This document shows positions 23,244 through 34,121 of a stretch of DNA of 64,000 nt, in pieces. Positions within the stretch are counted from its first letter, which is position 1; each line of letters opens with the position of its first letter. The DNA lies in contig NW_005434618.1 of NCBI RefSeq assembly GCF_000315625.1, positions 269,038 to 333,037 of the forward strand, in the 5' to 3' direction. A program made the position numbers and the translations under genes. This stretch comes from Guillardia theta CCMP2712 (taxonomy: Eukaryota; Protista; Cryptophyta). Below the pieces are notes generated by a model. That model worked only from the letters and a program-made list of their open reading frames with translations. It was not told where the DNA came from and made no database searches.

Positions 23244-24781
23244 CTACTCGTTCGCCCTTGACAAGTACTTCTTGCTGGTCGTGTCCACCTTCACCTTCTC
23301 CCCGGTCTGCACGCACAACATCATGTACAATCCCTCCTTCTCCTCCTCCTCCTCCTCTCCTTTCCCTCCTCTTCTCCATTCAATCTCTTCTCTCCATCTC
23401 GATCTCTCCTCGACATCCCCCCTCCGCTCACCTTGATGAAGAGTGGTACCCTAACAACGGCTCCAGTCTCCAATGTCGCTGGCTTGTCCCCCCCCTGCGC
23501 GGTGTTTCCCTTGACTCCGGGCTCCTGAGCACGCGGTCAGTCGCCATGACCGTCGGGGATGCAGTGGAGGCACAACCGTCTCAGTGACTTCAAGGACCAT
23601 AGTCTGAGGGATCTCAATGTCGAGGATCTTGTCGCCGAACTTGACGATCTTGACGTCAACACCCTGCGAGGGATGAAAAGTGAACCAAGGGATAGGAGGC
23701 TCTAGCAGAGGTGGCGGAAGAGGGGAGGTGGACGGAGGTAAGGTTGGAGGGTGGGACATGTAGGATTGAGGGTAGGGGAGGAGTGTGGGGGGGTTGAAGG
23801 AGCACATTCGGAGGAGACGAGACCAAGAGGAGGAGAGGAGGAGAGGAGGAGAGGAGGAGAGGAGGAGATGAGGAGAGGATGGACTTGCCTCCTTCATCCA
23901 AATGGTGCTGTCACCCAACACCTCAGCTGACACCTGAGGAGGAAAAACATGAGCAGGAGAGTGCAGAGGACAAGAAAAGGCAGAGGCAAGGGTGCAAGAG
24001 AAGCTCTTACAGATTGAGTCTCGAAGGACTCCATGTCCATGAAGACATAGTCGGTTCCATCCAGGTAGTTGAACTGATCGCCAAGTCAACCTTTCCCTGC
24101 TTTCTAGCCTCACGCGTAGCCGCCGCTTCACCTGCACGTCGCTCTTGATGACCTCGGCGCCGTCCACCATCTCTCCGGCACGGAAGGTTTTCTCAAGGTT
24201 GCCTCCCCTGCACCACTTTCAGCATCGCCCGACGGAGTCTCGAGCACGGCTGACGTCGTCAAGTTCTTGAGCTTCGTGCGCACAAAGGCAGCTCCCTTGC
24301 CTGCTCAGACGTGAGCACAGGCCATCGCCCCTCACGCTCGTTGCCTGGCTTCACGTGGAGGAACTCCAGCACCTTGTATACATTCCCTGCGATCGTTCAA
24401 TGAGCTTCAACTCCTCGACCCCGGCATCAACAACAGCCATGGCAAGATCAACTAACGACATGTCCTCTCCCCATCCACCCCCTCCTCCTTCCCCGAGGTG
24501 TTCTCCTGTGCCCGTTTTCCTCCACCCTCCTTCCAACTAACCATCAAACTGGATAGTGGTGCCAGGACGGAAGTCATTGCTGGAGATCGGGCCCATGCGG
24601 AGGGAGCTCAGAGCCACAGGCCTGCCTTGACATCAGCCCTTCCCACTGGCAGAGACGGGCAAGGGAAGGACCTGGGTCTCATGCTCATAGGAGCGCAAGT
24701 TGGTCCTCGCAAGGTAAGAGGGGAGAGAACATATGCGAACGAAGAGCCCACCAGGGCGGCAAGGAACACAGGTCTCAACAT
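23244..24781 (-). CDS. efp: Plastid-targeted translation elongation factor P
   Basis: Spliced product includes [88 protein letters not shown] and KYLSRANE*. Presequence [16 protein letters not shown]|YVLSP is a signal peptide followed by a transit peptide. Confidence 0.95.
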
Positions 24782-25099
24782 CCTTTCTGTAATGCAATGG
24801 TCAGAGAACAAGCTACAATCCCAGGAAAACGGAAATCGTTCGTGAAGCTTTGAGGTTTTGCAGATTGCACGCTTTCTGCTCGTAGAGAGCATTAAACTAA
24901 CCTCAAAACTGTTGCGGGATTCGAATGGTGGTGCAGACAAGATCCCAAACATCTCACAAGAACAACTGTTCATTCGATCTAAACGTCGTAAACCATCCTC
25001 AACGTGGCAGCCACCATATTTTTAGAATCATCTGACTATCATACTTCCTGTCTTCTATCTTCCTCTGTTGAAATCCCTTCTCTTCGCTTCTCTTCTCTT

Positions 25100-26530
25100 G
25101 TTCTTTCTGTCTTATCACTCCCTCCCCCCCCTCCCATCCCCCATCCAGTGGCCTCCATCTTCGGCCTCCACCCTACCCCTACCCCCAGTCCAACCCTTGT
25201 TCAGCTCCAATAACCCCTACACTCATCATACTACCTGTGTTCTCTAGTCCCTACCCCTCCAAGTACCGGTCATCACCTTTACATTCACACCCTGCTTTCG
25301 ACATACAAAGACCTTACTACCCCTACCTTCTCCCATCATTTGACTTACCCACCCACCCTTTGCAAGTCCTACCCTAACCCCTACTTCGGCAAGCCTGACG
25401 GGTCCTCCGACCCCCTCCTCAGTCAATAATTGCAGGCTCGGCGATCTGGCGGCCGGGGCCGGGCGGCCCGGTTCACCCGGTAAACGCCGGGCCCGGGGAG
25501 GCGGGGACCATTCCAAGTGGCGGCACGGTCGAGGCCAGGGTAGGGGTGAAATTCACATGGGAGAAGGGGGTAGGGTGGAAATCGGGCGGTATGAGCTTCC
25601 GTTTCTGAAAAAGGGACAGTGCTTTAACAAGTTTTTAAGTTTAAATTTGCATTGTAGAGCGTCATCCGTTTTACTCGAAGAGTATTTGTGCTGCTGTCCT
25701 GCTGATGAACAGCAATGATCCTGATTTTCTATATTCTTTGAATATATACATTTAATCAATAGTGTTAAGTAGGAGAACGTTCTTCGTCATTCGGGAGGTT
25801 TTAACCTGTGTTTCATAAAAATAGTTTTATGACGGGGAGACCCCGAGTACCCCGTAGTTTGTCGGTCGAATATTGGGGTATTCCCTGGGTGGGATCAGGG
25901 ATGACGAAAAAGGGGGGGCTGGATTGTAGATTTTAATATAAATTATACTTATAATTTCATCTAGATCTCGTTGGGATCTGGAATATATATGTTATTTTAA
26001 AGACCTGATGCGACCTTGTGTCATGCAGAAGGATGCATGTTGGTAATGTTTAAAACCCACCCTTTTAAATCATTAAACGCTATCAGACCGCTGGGAGGTG
26101 GCCGAACAGCCTCCTGACATATTTTCGGCAGAGTCAAACTGTAGTCTCTCAGTTCTCCAAATTGAATATATTTAATAAATATTTACATGTAAATTTCAAA
26201 ACTACAGAAGTACAAACAAATTTATCATATTTGGAGACCATCTATGAAAAAGGGAATGGTGATCTTGAATTGAGTAAACGATTGTAGGAGATAGTCAAGT
26301 ATTCTTTTGAAAACAGGCTAGTACACACCACTATTGGGGCAAAGGATTCAAACCTTTGAGGATATATGTGAAATGTTGTACCACGGAAAGGGACATTCTC
26401 TGAAATATGAAGACCATGGCTGGAAAATTCCAACTCAAAAATAGGGGTGGGGTGGGCTACAGTACCCCGGGCGGTATGGTCGCTGTGGTTCATGCAGGAC
26501 TGTAGAAAGTGCGCTGGGCGCGACGGTGAT
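25100..26530. promoter_or_regulatory. Structured intergenic island 2 between efp and the Myb gene
   Basis: TACCC-rich 25170-25390, CCGG/CCCGGG-rich 25430-25540, GGGTA-rich 25540-25580, AT-rich core to about 26440. Confidence 0.5.
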
Positions 26531-27406
26531 GGGCAGAGCGAGTAGGAGGACACTACAAGTGTCTAAAGTAGAAGGATATCGAAGCTGTATGCCTCAGCCG
26601 ATGAGGGTGAGTGCGTGAGTGAGAGAGGTCAGGTGCGATCTAACCTTGAAGGTGGGAATGCTTGGAGGAGAAGTTGTGGGATTGTGCAGGGGATGGTAGA
26701 ACTGTGGGATAGGAGGATCGAGGAGAAATAGATTTTTATTCAGCTTTCGAATGCTTCTTGATAAAGTGGCGACTTAACAGTCAGAATGCAGTTTGATGTT
26801 TTGCTAGATATTCAGGAGTGTACTATTTTTTTTCTGTATGTTTGAAAGTCCAGACAGCCACGAAGAAAGTTTGAGAAACATATTCTTAATCGTAGCTTTT
26901 CTTCTCTGGGAAGATTATCTGTAGAGTTTTCGGATACTTGATGACTTTTGGACGTACGAATAAGTTGTTTCAGATGGTCAAAAAGAGTCGTAAAGCATTA
27001 CGATATGATTTGTGGATGAACTTCTAGGAAATGCAGTTCATCTGTTGACGTATAGAAATATTATTTTTGGTTTGTTGTGGTCTGCGATTGTATTACAGCT
27101 CGGGTTTTAAAAGCTTGTCATTATAATCCACAGCTACTGCACAGTTTGCTCTCATTGAAATGCTTTTGTCTAATCAGCAATTGAGAGGGTGTGCGCGTTT
27201 TCCAACACTAACTGTTCGGGATCTTGTCAGGATTGGATGAACTATGGGCTAGTGGATGCGAAATTTTGGAGAGAAGTGAGCGATATTCTCTACTGATTGT
27301 CAAAAAGTATGTAATATCTGACCTGTAGGTATTCCTACACTGAATCATTTATTATCGCTTCAAACAAACAATAGTCTCTGAGAGAGAGCTGTAGGCCTTC
27401 ACTGGG

Positions 27407-29572
27407 ATGATGCGAATGGCAGCTGAGTGTACAGATATGGACATGATGATGGGATATGATGGGATGGATTCGTCGTTGGATATTCTGGGAGGGATGGAGT
27501 CTCTACAGGACACCCCACCCCCAGGTGGTATGGTGCAACCGAATTATCGTTCACATTCAGAAATTGCGACGGACGATGACCTGGGTTCTGTAAAGAGCGA
27601 ATCGCAAGATGCGTCTGATGTGGTCACGGACTGGTACCTATCAGGAGGTATGCAGAGGAAAGGAGAGGACTCGGCCATGCAGATGCTGGACGACATGGAG
27701 CCGGCTGCAAAACGCTCGGCCTCCACTATGTCCTTGAATCCTTCATCGCCTCAAGTCACGGAAAGGGCTAACTCAAGGGGAGGAAATTCTTCGAAGCCAC
27801 AGATGCCTGCGCACAATGGATTGTTGAACAAAGGCGAGCTGTCAGCTTCCACGCCTCCCTTGTCAGACGACGGCATGGATATCATGCACAAGGTGAGCTG
27901 TGCATGAAAGTTAGTGCATGAGATAGTCTGACGTAGAGCCCGTCCAGCGTAAGATATCTGATGTGGAGAATGGAACCATTCTGCCTCGTCAGGGAAGTGA
28001 ATCAGACGCTTTCTACAACATGCCTGAGCCAGTAAGATCGTGATGAGGTTGCACCATCACAATTTGACTGAAATATTGACAGGCGCCTGATGATCCCATG
28101 AGAATGTACACCAAGACAATCATGGGCCTTGGTCGTGAGAACTTCTTCCTAAAGCAGCAGTTTGGAATAGCAAATAATCAGGTGGCCAATCTTGGATAAC
28201 TTCTGTCGAATTTTCCTGCAGTTCCAGAATCTAACCTTATCTTTAGGTGATACAGCTAAGTAGAGAGCTCGCGACAGTCACTGAAGAGCTACATCGGCTC
28301 AGAGTGATCGTAGCCAAGTACGAAGGAAGGTCTCCTCCATCCACAAGCTTAGAACAAAACAAGTTGAGTGGAGGTCAAACAAGTGCTCCTGAGATGCAAA
28401 ATCGTCCAAGTGTTCGAGATTCGCCTGGTGAATACTTAGATATTGTTTCTGTCGTGGCTGATTCGTAACACGCAGTGACTATGCCTGGGCTAAACCCTCC
28501 GACAAAGCCAAATATTCCCAACCACAAACTCTCCTCGGAAGCATTGTCAGTGCACGAAGCAGCAATGCGGAAAAGACTGCAAACTGCTGCTGAGAATCAA
28601 GACAGTGGCAATGAGATGGATGGTGGAAAAGCTATGGAAGAATCAGATCAAGGTATGAGATTATGCCAAGTGTGTGTCAAGCTGACAATTCTTGGTTTCC
28701 AGTGAGGAATAGCAAAAGTCAGAAGCCAAGTATTTCGGTTGAAGTTCTTGATAACCAAAATCCGCAGTCCAGAGCGTCTGGAGTTGAGCAGAATCGCAAT
28801 AATGCTTCAGAGATGGCGAAAGCAGTTTCTATGGGGATGCTTAAGCAAGAGCCTTCGAATGGGGATAGTAGCCCAAGTTCAAAGGACTGCAAGGGTTCTG
28901 ATTTGACAAAGTCGCTCGGCAAGGATAGCAAGAAAGATGGGCAACCAAGATTTTGGACTGCTGACGAGCACAGGCGATTTTTGGAAGCTGTGAGGATGTA
29001 TGGTTATGGGAATGCGCGTCAGATCGCAGCCTATGTGCAGACAAGAAACATAACTCAAGTCCGAACCCATGCTCAAAAGTACATATTGAAGCTCTCGAGG
29101 ATGGGAAGTTCGGCGCTCAAGCCTCAGAATGATTTGAAGCCAAGAAACATGGAAAGGAGGGGATATCAGACACCCACAAATCTGACACAAGAGGAAGAGG
29201 ATCAATCTCTTGCTTTCCTCGGCGAGAAAGGTACAGGGAATTCAACATTTAGTTGTTTGCGTGACGATATTCTGTAGATGAAGACATGGGCTTTTCGTAA
29301 GTTCATTCGAATCAAGAGTCAAGTAATTTGAAACTGACTTTTGTACAAGCAGGAGCATGTATGGCGCCAGGTCCAACATGGATGAAAGGCAAGCTTACGG
29401 CATGGGCTTCATGGCATCGGAGAATCCTTACCAACCGGTACGGATGATGCCGAACAACATGGTGACTTCGCACAACGGGATGGGGATGATGGCCAATAAC
29501 ATGGGGGCCATGGAAGAGAATCTCGCAGTCTCATGGATGCAAAGCATGGAAATCAACAGCTTCGGCTTATAG
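27407..29572 (+). CDS. SHAQKYF-class single-repeat Myb transcription factor with an upstream coiled coil, multi-exon
   Basis: QPRFWTADEHRRFLEAVRMYGYGNARQIAAYVQTRNITQVRTHAQKYILKL (about 28942-29095). Exons joined by short GT-AG introns; M/N-rich C-terminus. Confidence 0.92.
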
Positions 29573-29899
29573 CAGCTAGGCCCAAAATCAGGAGTGACTA
29601 TCCCCTAGCTCGTTCCATTGTACATTTGTATTGTTTCCACTGTTTCGATAATAAAATTTCGATCTTTCAATAGTTGAACATGTTTGGGAGGGTGGAGGCG
29701 CAACTGAGCTCCTGCATGGAAGTACTTGTCATAGGAGAGAATTCCTTGCGCACTGGCTCAAGCCGAAGAGAAGATGCAGCTGCTCAAAGGATCGCCCGTT
29801 GGGTCCGAGGTCCTCGAGATCAATCTGACAATTCAGGTGTCACAAGTGAGGTCAGGGCTGGCCCTGCACTTACCGGCTTGCCCAGCACGCAAGCTCTTG

Positions 29900-31150
29900 C
29901 TACCATGGAGTCAATCGCAAGCTCTCTCCCTCCTTCCTCAGCCTCTTGCGCCTCCAGGTTCTATCATTTCCGTCAGATGGAGGAGCGAGAGGTGTTTGAC
30001 TCACTCTGCTTGCAAGCTGGGCGGTTCCAACTCCGGGCTCGGAACGATCCCCCCCCCTGTTCCCGTCCAGCGACTTAGAGGAGGTGGACCTCAACAAGGC
30101 CAGTTTGGTGAGGTCAGGGCTGCTGTGCCAGTGAGAGCTTCGGCGGAGGGGACTCAAGCTCTCCATCGCCCCACGGTCATCTGAGTGCCGAGCAGATCGC
30201 TCCTGCTCTGCCTCTGCCTCTGCCGCTGCCGTCGAGCTTTTCCTGTGGTCGGAGGAGACGATCCACATGCCCCCGCCATCTTCCCCCGCAGCTTTCATGG
30301 ACACCAGCAGCTTCGCAGCTTCCACGGTGACCCACTGTCGTCGGCTCTCAGCCTCATCCTCCACCTCTCCGACATGAGCACCTTCGGGCCCTGGGAGGAC
30401 AGGGCCAAGATCTCCACCTGAACGACGCCGTCCTGACTGTGTGGAGGAGGCACCAAGTGGTCCAGCAACGCGTAGCTGGCAACAGACCCTGATCGACACA
30501 GTGAGCTTGCGATATCGCGTGAAGAGCAAGTGACCTGCGTCCCTGTCAAGGCTGTTGGAGTCGAGGCAGAAAAGGACGTCCATCTCCGAAAAGGTCTCCT
30601 CTGCTTCCAACTTGACATCCGCACTCAAGCCATGGCCTCATCTTTACACCTTTTTCAAAGTCTTCAAGAAACTCGATGAACTGATTTGCGTCTAGCTCTG
30701 AAATCTTATGAAAATTCGCGATAGTCAGTGTAAGGCAGCGAAAGCATCCGGGTTGACACCGGCATGTACTGAAACAGGAGAGGAATCCGCAATCTTGTCA
30801 TGATTGAATTGGGAGATGATTCCGGCGCGTCTAGGCTGAATCGAAAGGTCTTGCTATTTCCTGCAAAGGGGGTTGGAGTAGTTCGAATGTGGAGTCGAAT
30901 AAAGCAAAAAAACCTTGCGTGCCTCCAAACTCCTTTGCAAACTGTTCCTAGTCAATCATGAGCTTTATCCAGTCATGCTCAAGGGTCCTCTGACCTTCGA
31001 GACTGATGGCAAACCTCTCCGTTCCAATATGGTCGAAATACATGCTGAAATATTGTCTGAACTTCAAGCACATACTAAGGCTTGTTACCTGCCACACCGT
31101 CTCCGAACTTGAAAGAAAATTCAAGAGGCACGATGCAACCAGCAGCAATG
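29900..31150 (-). CDS. Hypothetical spliced protein (model uncertain)
   Basis: 242-aa ORF 29900..30628 plus upstream exon-like frames (ISELDANQFIEFLEDFEK; EQFAKEFGGTQ) flanked by GT..AG. Confidence 0.4.
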
Positions 31151-31199
31151 CAAGTCAGTATCACCAGGATATCGCACCCTTTGTCTCTATGATCACCCT

Positions 31200-31345
31200 C
31201 TCCCTATACCCTTCTCCTCCCCTTCTCCTTCTCCCTCTCCCTCTCTCTCCCTCTCCCTCTCTCCCTCTTCCTTTCCCTCTTCCTTTCCCTCTTCCTCTTC
31301 CTCTTCCTCTTCCTCTTCCTCTTCCTCTTCCTCTTCCTCTCTCTC
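31200..31345. repeat. (CCTCTT)n polypyrimidine microsatellite
   Basis: Seen directly. Confidence 0.9.
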
Positions 31346-31549
31346 GCATTCGTCTTCCCCTCCCTCTCTCCTCCTCCTCACCGCCATGATTCGCTCGTAT
31401 CTTCGATTACCCGTCACCATCATCATCGGCTCATCTTTGACCTTGAACACTACAACCAGGGCCTCTTCCCCACTCATGCCTATTACCCTCACTCCACCTC
31501 AGGCCCACTTCAGGCCCCATCACAACTGCCATCACAAAATCACAAATCA

Positions 31550-32200
31550 GACTCAACAGGGGCCCCGGGTGGTCTGGTTCGAATGGTCCGATTCCAGGGG
31601 TGGGGTCATTGGAATGTATCGAGGATGGGGTGAAGCGGGAGTATTTTTGAAGGTGGGGGTACCAAATACTGAAACCTCATGGGGGTGGGGCCCTGGGGGG
31701 TGGTCAGAGTCAACGGCAGGTTTCATGGTAGCCACTGGGGCTTCTCAGTCATGATAAATTTGAAATTATCGTTAACATTTTTCCAAAAAGTTATTAAATT
31801 TGAAAACTTAATGAATATCTTCGACTTATTTTTCCAAACTAGAGGAAGTATTGGCCCCCAGTCAGAATTCTTAAGCGATCTCAGGAAGCGTACCCTACCC
31901 AATAATTCACCTTTAGGGACCCATACCCCTGACATCATTGTAAATATCGACCCTACCTACCAAATTAATTTTTACCCTTATTTTGAGGTCAAAGTACCCC
32001 TGCATTTCACACAAATTTCCAACCTTACTTCCAAAGCACCCCCTCTTTTGTCTTCTCTGGTCGTCTGACCCTCCATTTGATGTACCCCACCCCCTTTTCT
32101 CCAGGCCTCTAAGCACTTGTTGATGCCTCCCCTCCCTCGCGCCCCTCTCCTCCTCGACCATCCTTGAAGCTCCTCCTACCCGCACTCGCTCTTTCGAGCG
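31550..32200. promoter_or_regulatory. Structured intergenic island 3
   Basis: GGGGCCCCGGG at about 31559, G-run block to 31740, AT core 31750-31850, about 7 TACCC copies in 31890-32185. Confidence 0.5.
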
Positions 32201-32763
32201 CCCCCCTCAAACTTATCAGTTCTCCTGTCTTTCCTCCTGACTGCCATCCTATTGGATGATTCATGATATCTCTCTGTCAACAAAAATCCTTCCCACAAAT
32301 CCTCTCGTCTTTCCTCGTCCTTCTGGTTCCACCCACCTTTGATTAAATCAATGGTCTCCCTTTGCTTTTCGTGTACCTCTTATGTTTCTCGTGCTTTCCT
32401 TTTTGTATTTGTAGTTTGCATCACATTTTCAGTCTCCTGCGAGTCTTCAAGTGTTGACTTGTGCAGTTTTTGTACAGTGTCTGGCTTTATACTGTCACTT
32501 TGCTATTCCTACTATTACCTATTGAGTTGCTTCATGTGCAAGAATTGTCAAAATCAATCTCGTGGCCATTTTGACGTCCTGTACATGATTGTTTTGTTTA
32601 CCTTGGCTGCTTGTTGGCTAGTTTTTGATCTAGTCACTCACACTTTAGAGGAGCATATTACTATCTCGCTGACCCTTTGCTTTCAGGTCAAGTGCCGCAA
32701 AGATTTCATGAGCAGCAGAGGTCAACATCCCTAGACAGATCTTAGTGAAGCTTCTGTTCCCGC

Positions 32764-33969
32764 GTGCTGGCAGCTGCAGTCAAGATGCAGGACGGACAGC
32801 CTCCCAGCAGCAAAGTCCAGATGTCCATTAAGGAATTTTATCCAACACGGTTCAAGAAGCAGCCGGCAGTCCAAACCCCGAAGCAGGGAAGATCTGACCA
32901 AGAGGAAGCTTCGGCTGTGGCAGAAAATGGCGAGCAAAAGTCTTTGCAGCTGCCTTCAAAGTTGTGTGGGCAGGGCATGATGGAGCGAATTAAGTTGGCT
33001 GCCATGATCAAGGAGCTACCGATCGAGGACACCTGCGCAGTAGTGAGACAATCGAAGATGAGCAGCAGCACCAACGTGCCATGTGGTGCCGGCGTCGCGT
33101 TTGAAGCTGAAAGACAAGCTGTTGACTGTCGAGGCATGGAAGAGCTCAGCACGTCCATGGCAGTAGCGGCGATTGCATCGGCATCAGCGGCATATTCAAG
33201 GCGCATCTACTTGGAACCACCTGCCTCAAGTGAAGGATCTAACGGTGTCTGCTCTGTGAGGTCCTCCCCGGTAAGAGCGAGGCTCGAGGACACGCAAGGG
33301 AAGGAGGAGAGTGGCAGGTCTCCTTCAGAGGAAGGGAGGGAGACGGGGGATGTGAACATGACTGACGTTGGAGGGAGCTTGCACTCCAACCATTTTCTGG
33401 CTCAGAGCCCTCCAAGGCTGCAGCACACCATACTGGCGCATCCTATCCGCCGGCACCAGAACGGAGACGCGTTGCCCCACCATGCAGGGAGGCGACAACG
33501 AAGCCTGCAAACGAAGATCATGTCGGACGAGAAAGCGACCAACATGCAGGGAAAGATGCCAGCGTTCTGCTCTTGCGAGCCGTTCAACATGCCGTTGGAT
33601 ATGCGGGCAACCAGGGAAGGGCTGGAGAAGCTCAACGAACTAGTCGCCCAGGCACATCGCTTGAATAGCATTCCTTCGGTTTCCTCCCCGGACCGTCATG
33701 TCCCGATCTCGCCGATGCAAGGACAGAGCGTGAACCAAGATGACGTGACGAACATGTTGATGTGCGATGAAGACCTGGACGCCCACAACTTTGAGGACAA
33801 CATGTACCTCTCACCCTCGGACTCGCAGCGGTTCTTCAACAGCAGGTTCGAACACTCCTCAGCTCCCAGGAGCGACGTGAGCATCCGGTCGGTTCAACTC
33901 CAGCATGAGCCAGGGTCGATGTCACCCACCTGGGGCCTCCTTCATCACTCGCCGAGCCAGGGCAAGTGA
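32764..33969 (+). CDS. Hypothetical protein, possibly with a divergent NET/extra-terminal-like domain
   Basis: 401-aa ORF (first ATG in frame at 32785). MMERIKLAAMIKELPIEDTCAVVR..MEELST resembles ET-domain helices; the rest is low complexity. Confidence 0.6.
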   Translation: MLAAAVKMQDGQPPSSKVQMSIKEFYPTRFKKQPAVQTPKQGRSDQEEASAVAENGEQKSLQLPSKLCGQGMMERIKLAAMIKELPIEDTCAVVRQSKMSSSTNVPCGAGVAFEAERQAVDCRGMEELSTSMAVAAIASASAAYSRRIYLEPPASSEGSNGVCSVRSSPVRARLEDTQGKEESGRSPSEEGRETGDVNMTDVGGSLHSNHFLAQSPPRLQHTILAHPIRRHQNGDALPHHAGRRQRSLQTKIMSDEKATNMQGKMPAFCSCEPFNMPLDMRATREGLEKLNELVAQAHRLNSIPSVSSPDRHVPISPMQGQSVNQDDVTNMLMCDEDLDAHNFEDNMYLSPSDSQRFFNSRFEHSSAPRSDVSIRSVQLQHEPGSMSPTWGLLHHSPSQGK

Positions 33970-34121
33970 ACTGATGGCGATGCCTTGGTGTGCGGGGGCG
34001 TTGAAACCTGTTTGTACACTACAAGATTTGTTGATTGATGCTTTTTAATTAAGGTTCTGTGTTTCTTTCCTGTCATGCCACCCTCTCCACCACAGCAGGA
34101 CTCTTTCTCCTCCACATGCGC

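Noticed and set aside
25365-25385. Interstitial telomeric repeat (CCCTAACCCCTA)
   Set aside because: Only one canonical unit; better treated as part of the TACCC clusters.
31560-31610. tRNA or SINE suggested by GGTTCGAAT
   Set aside because: No T-stem pairing, cloverleaf or properly spaced A box.
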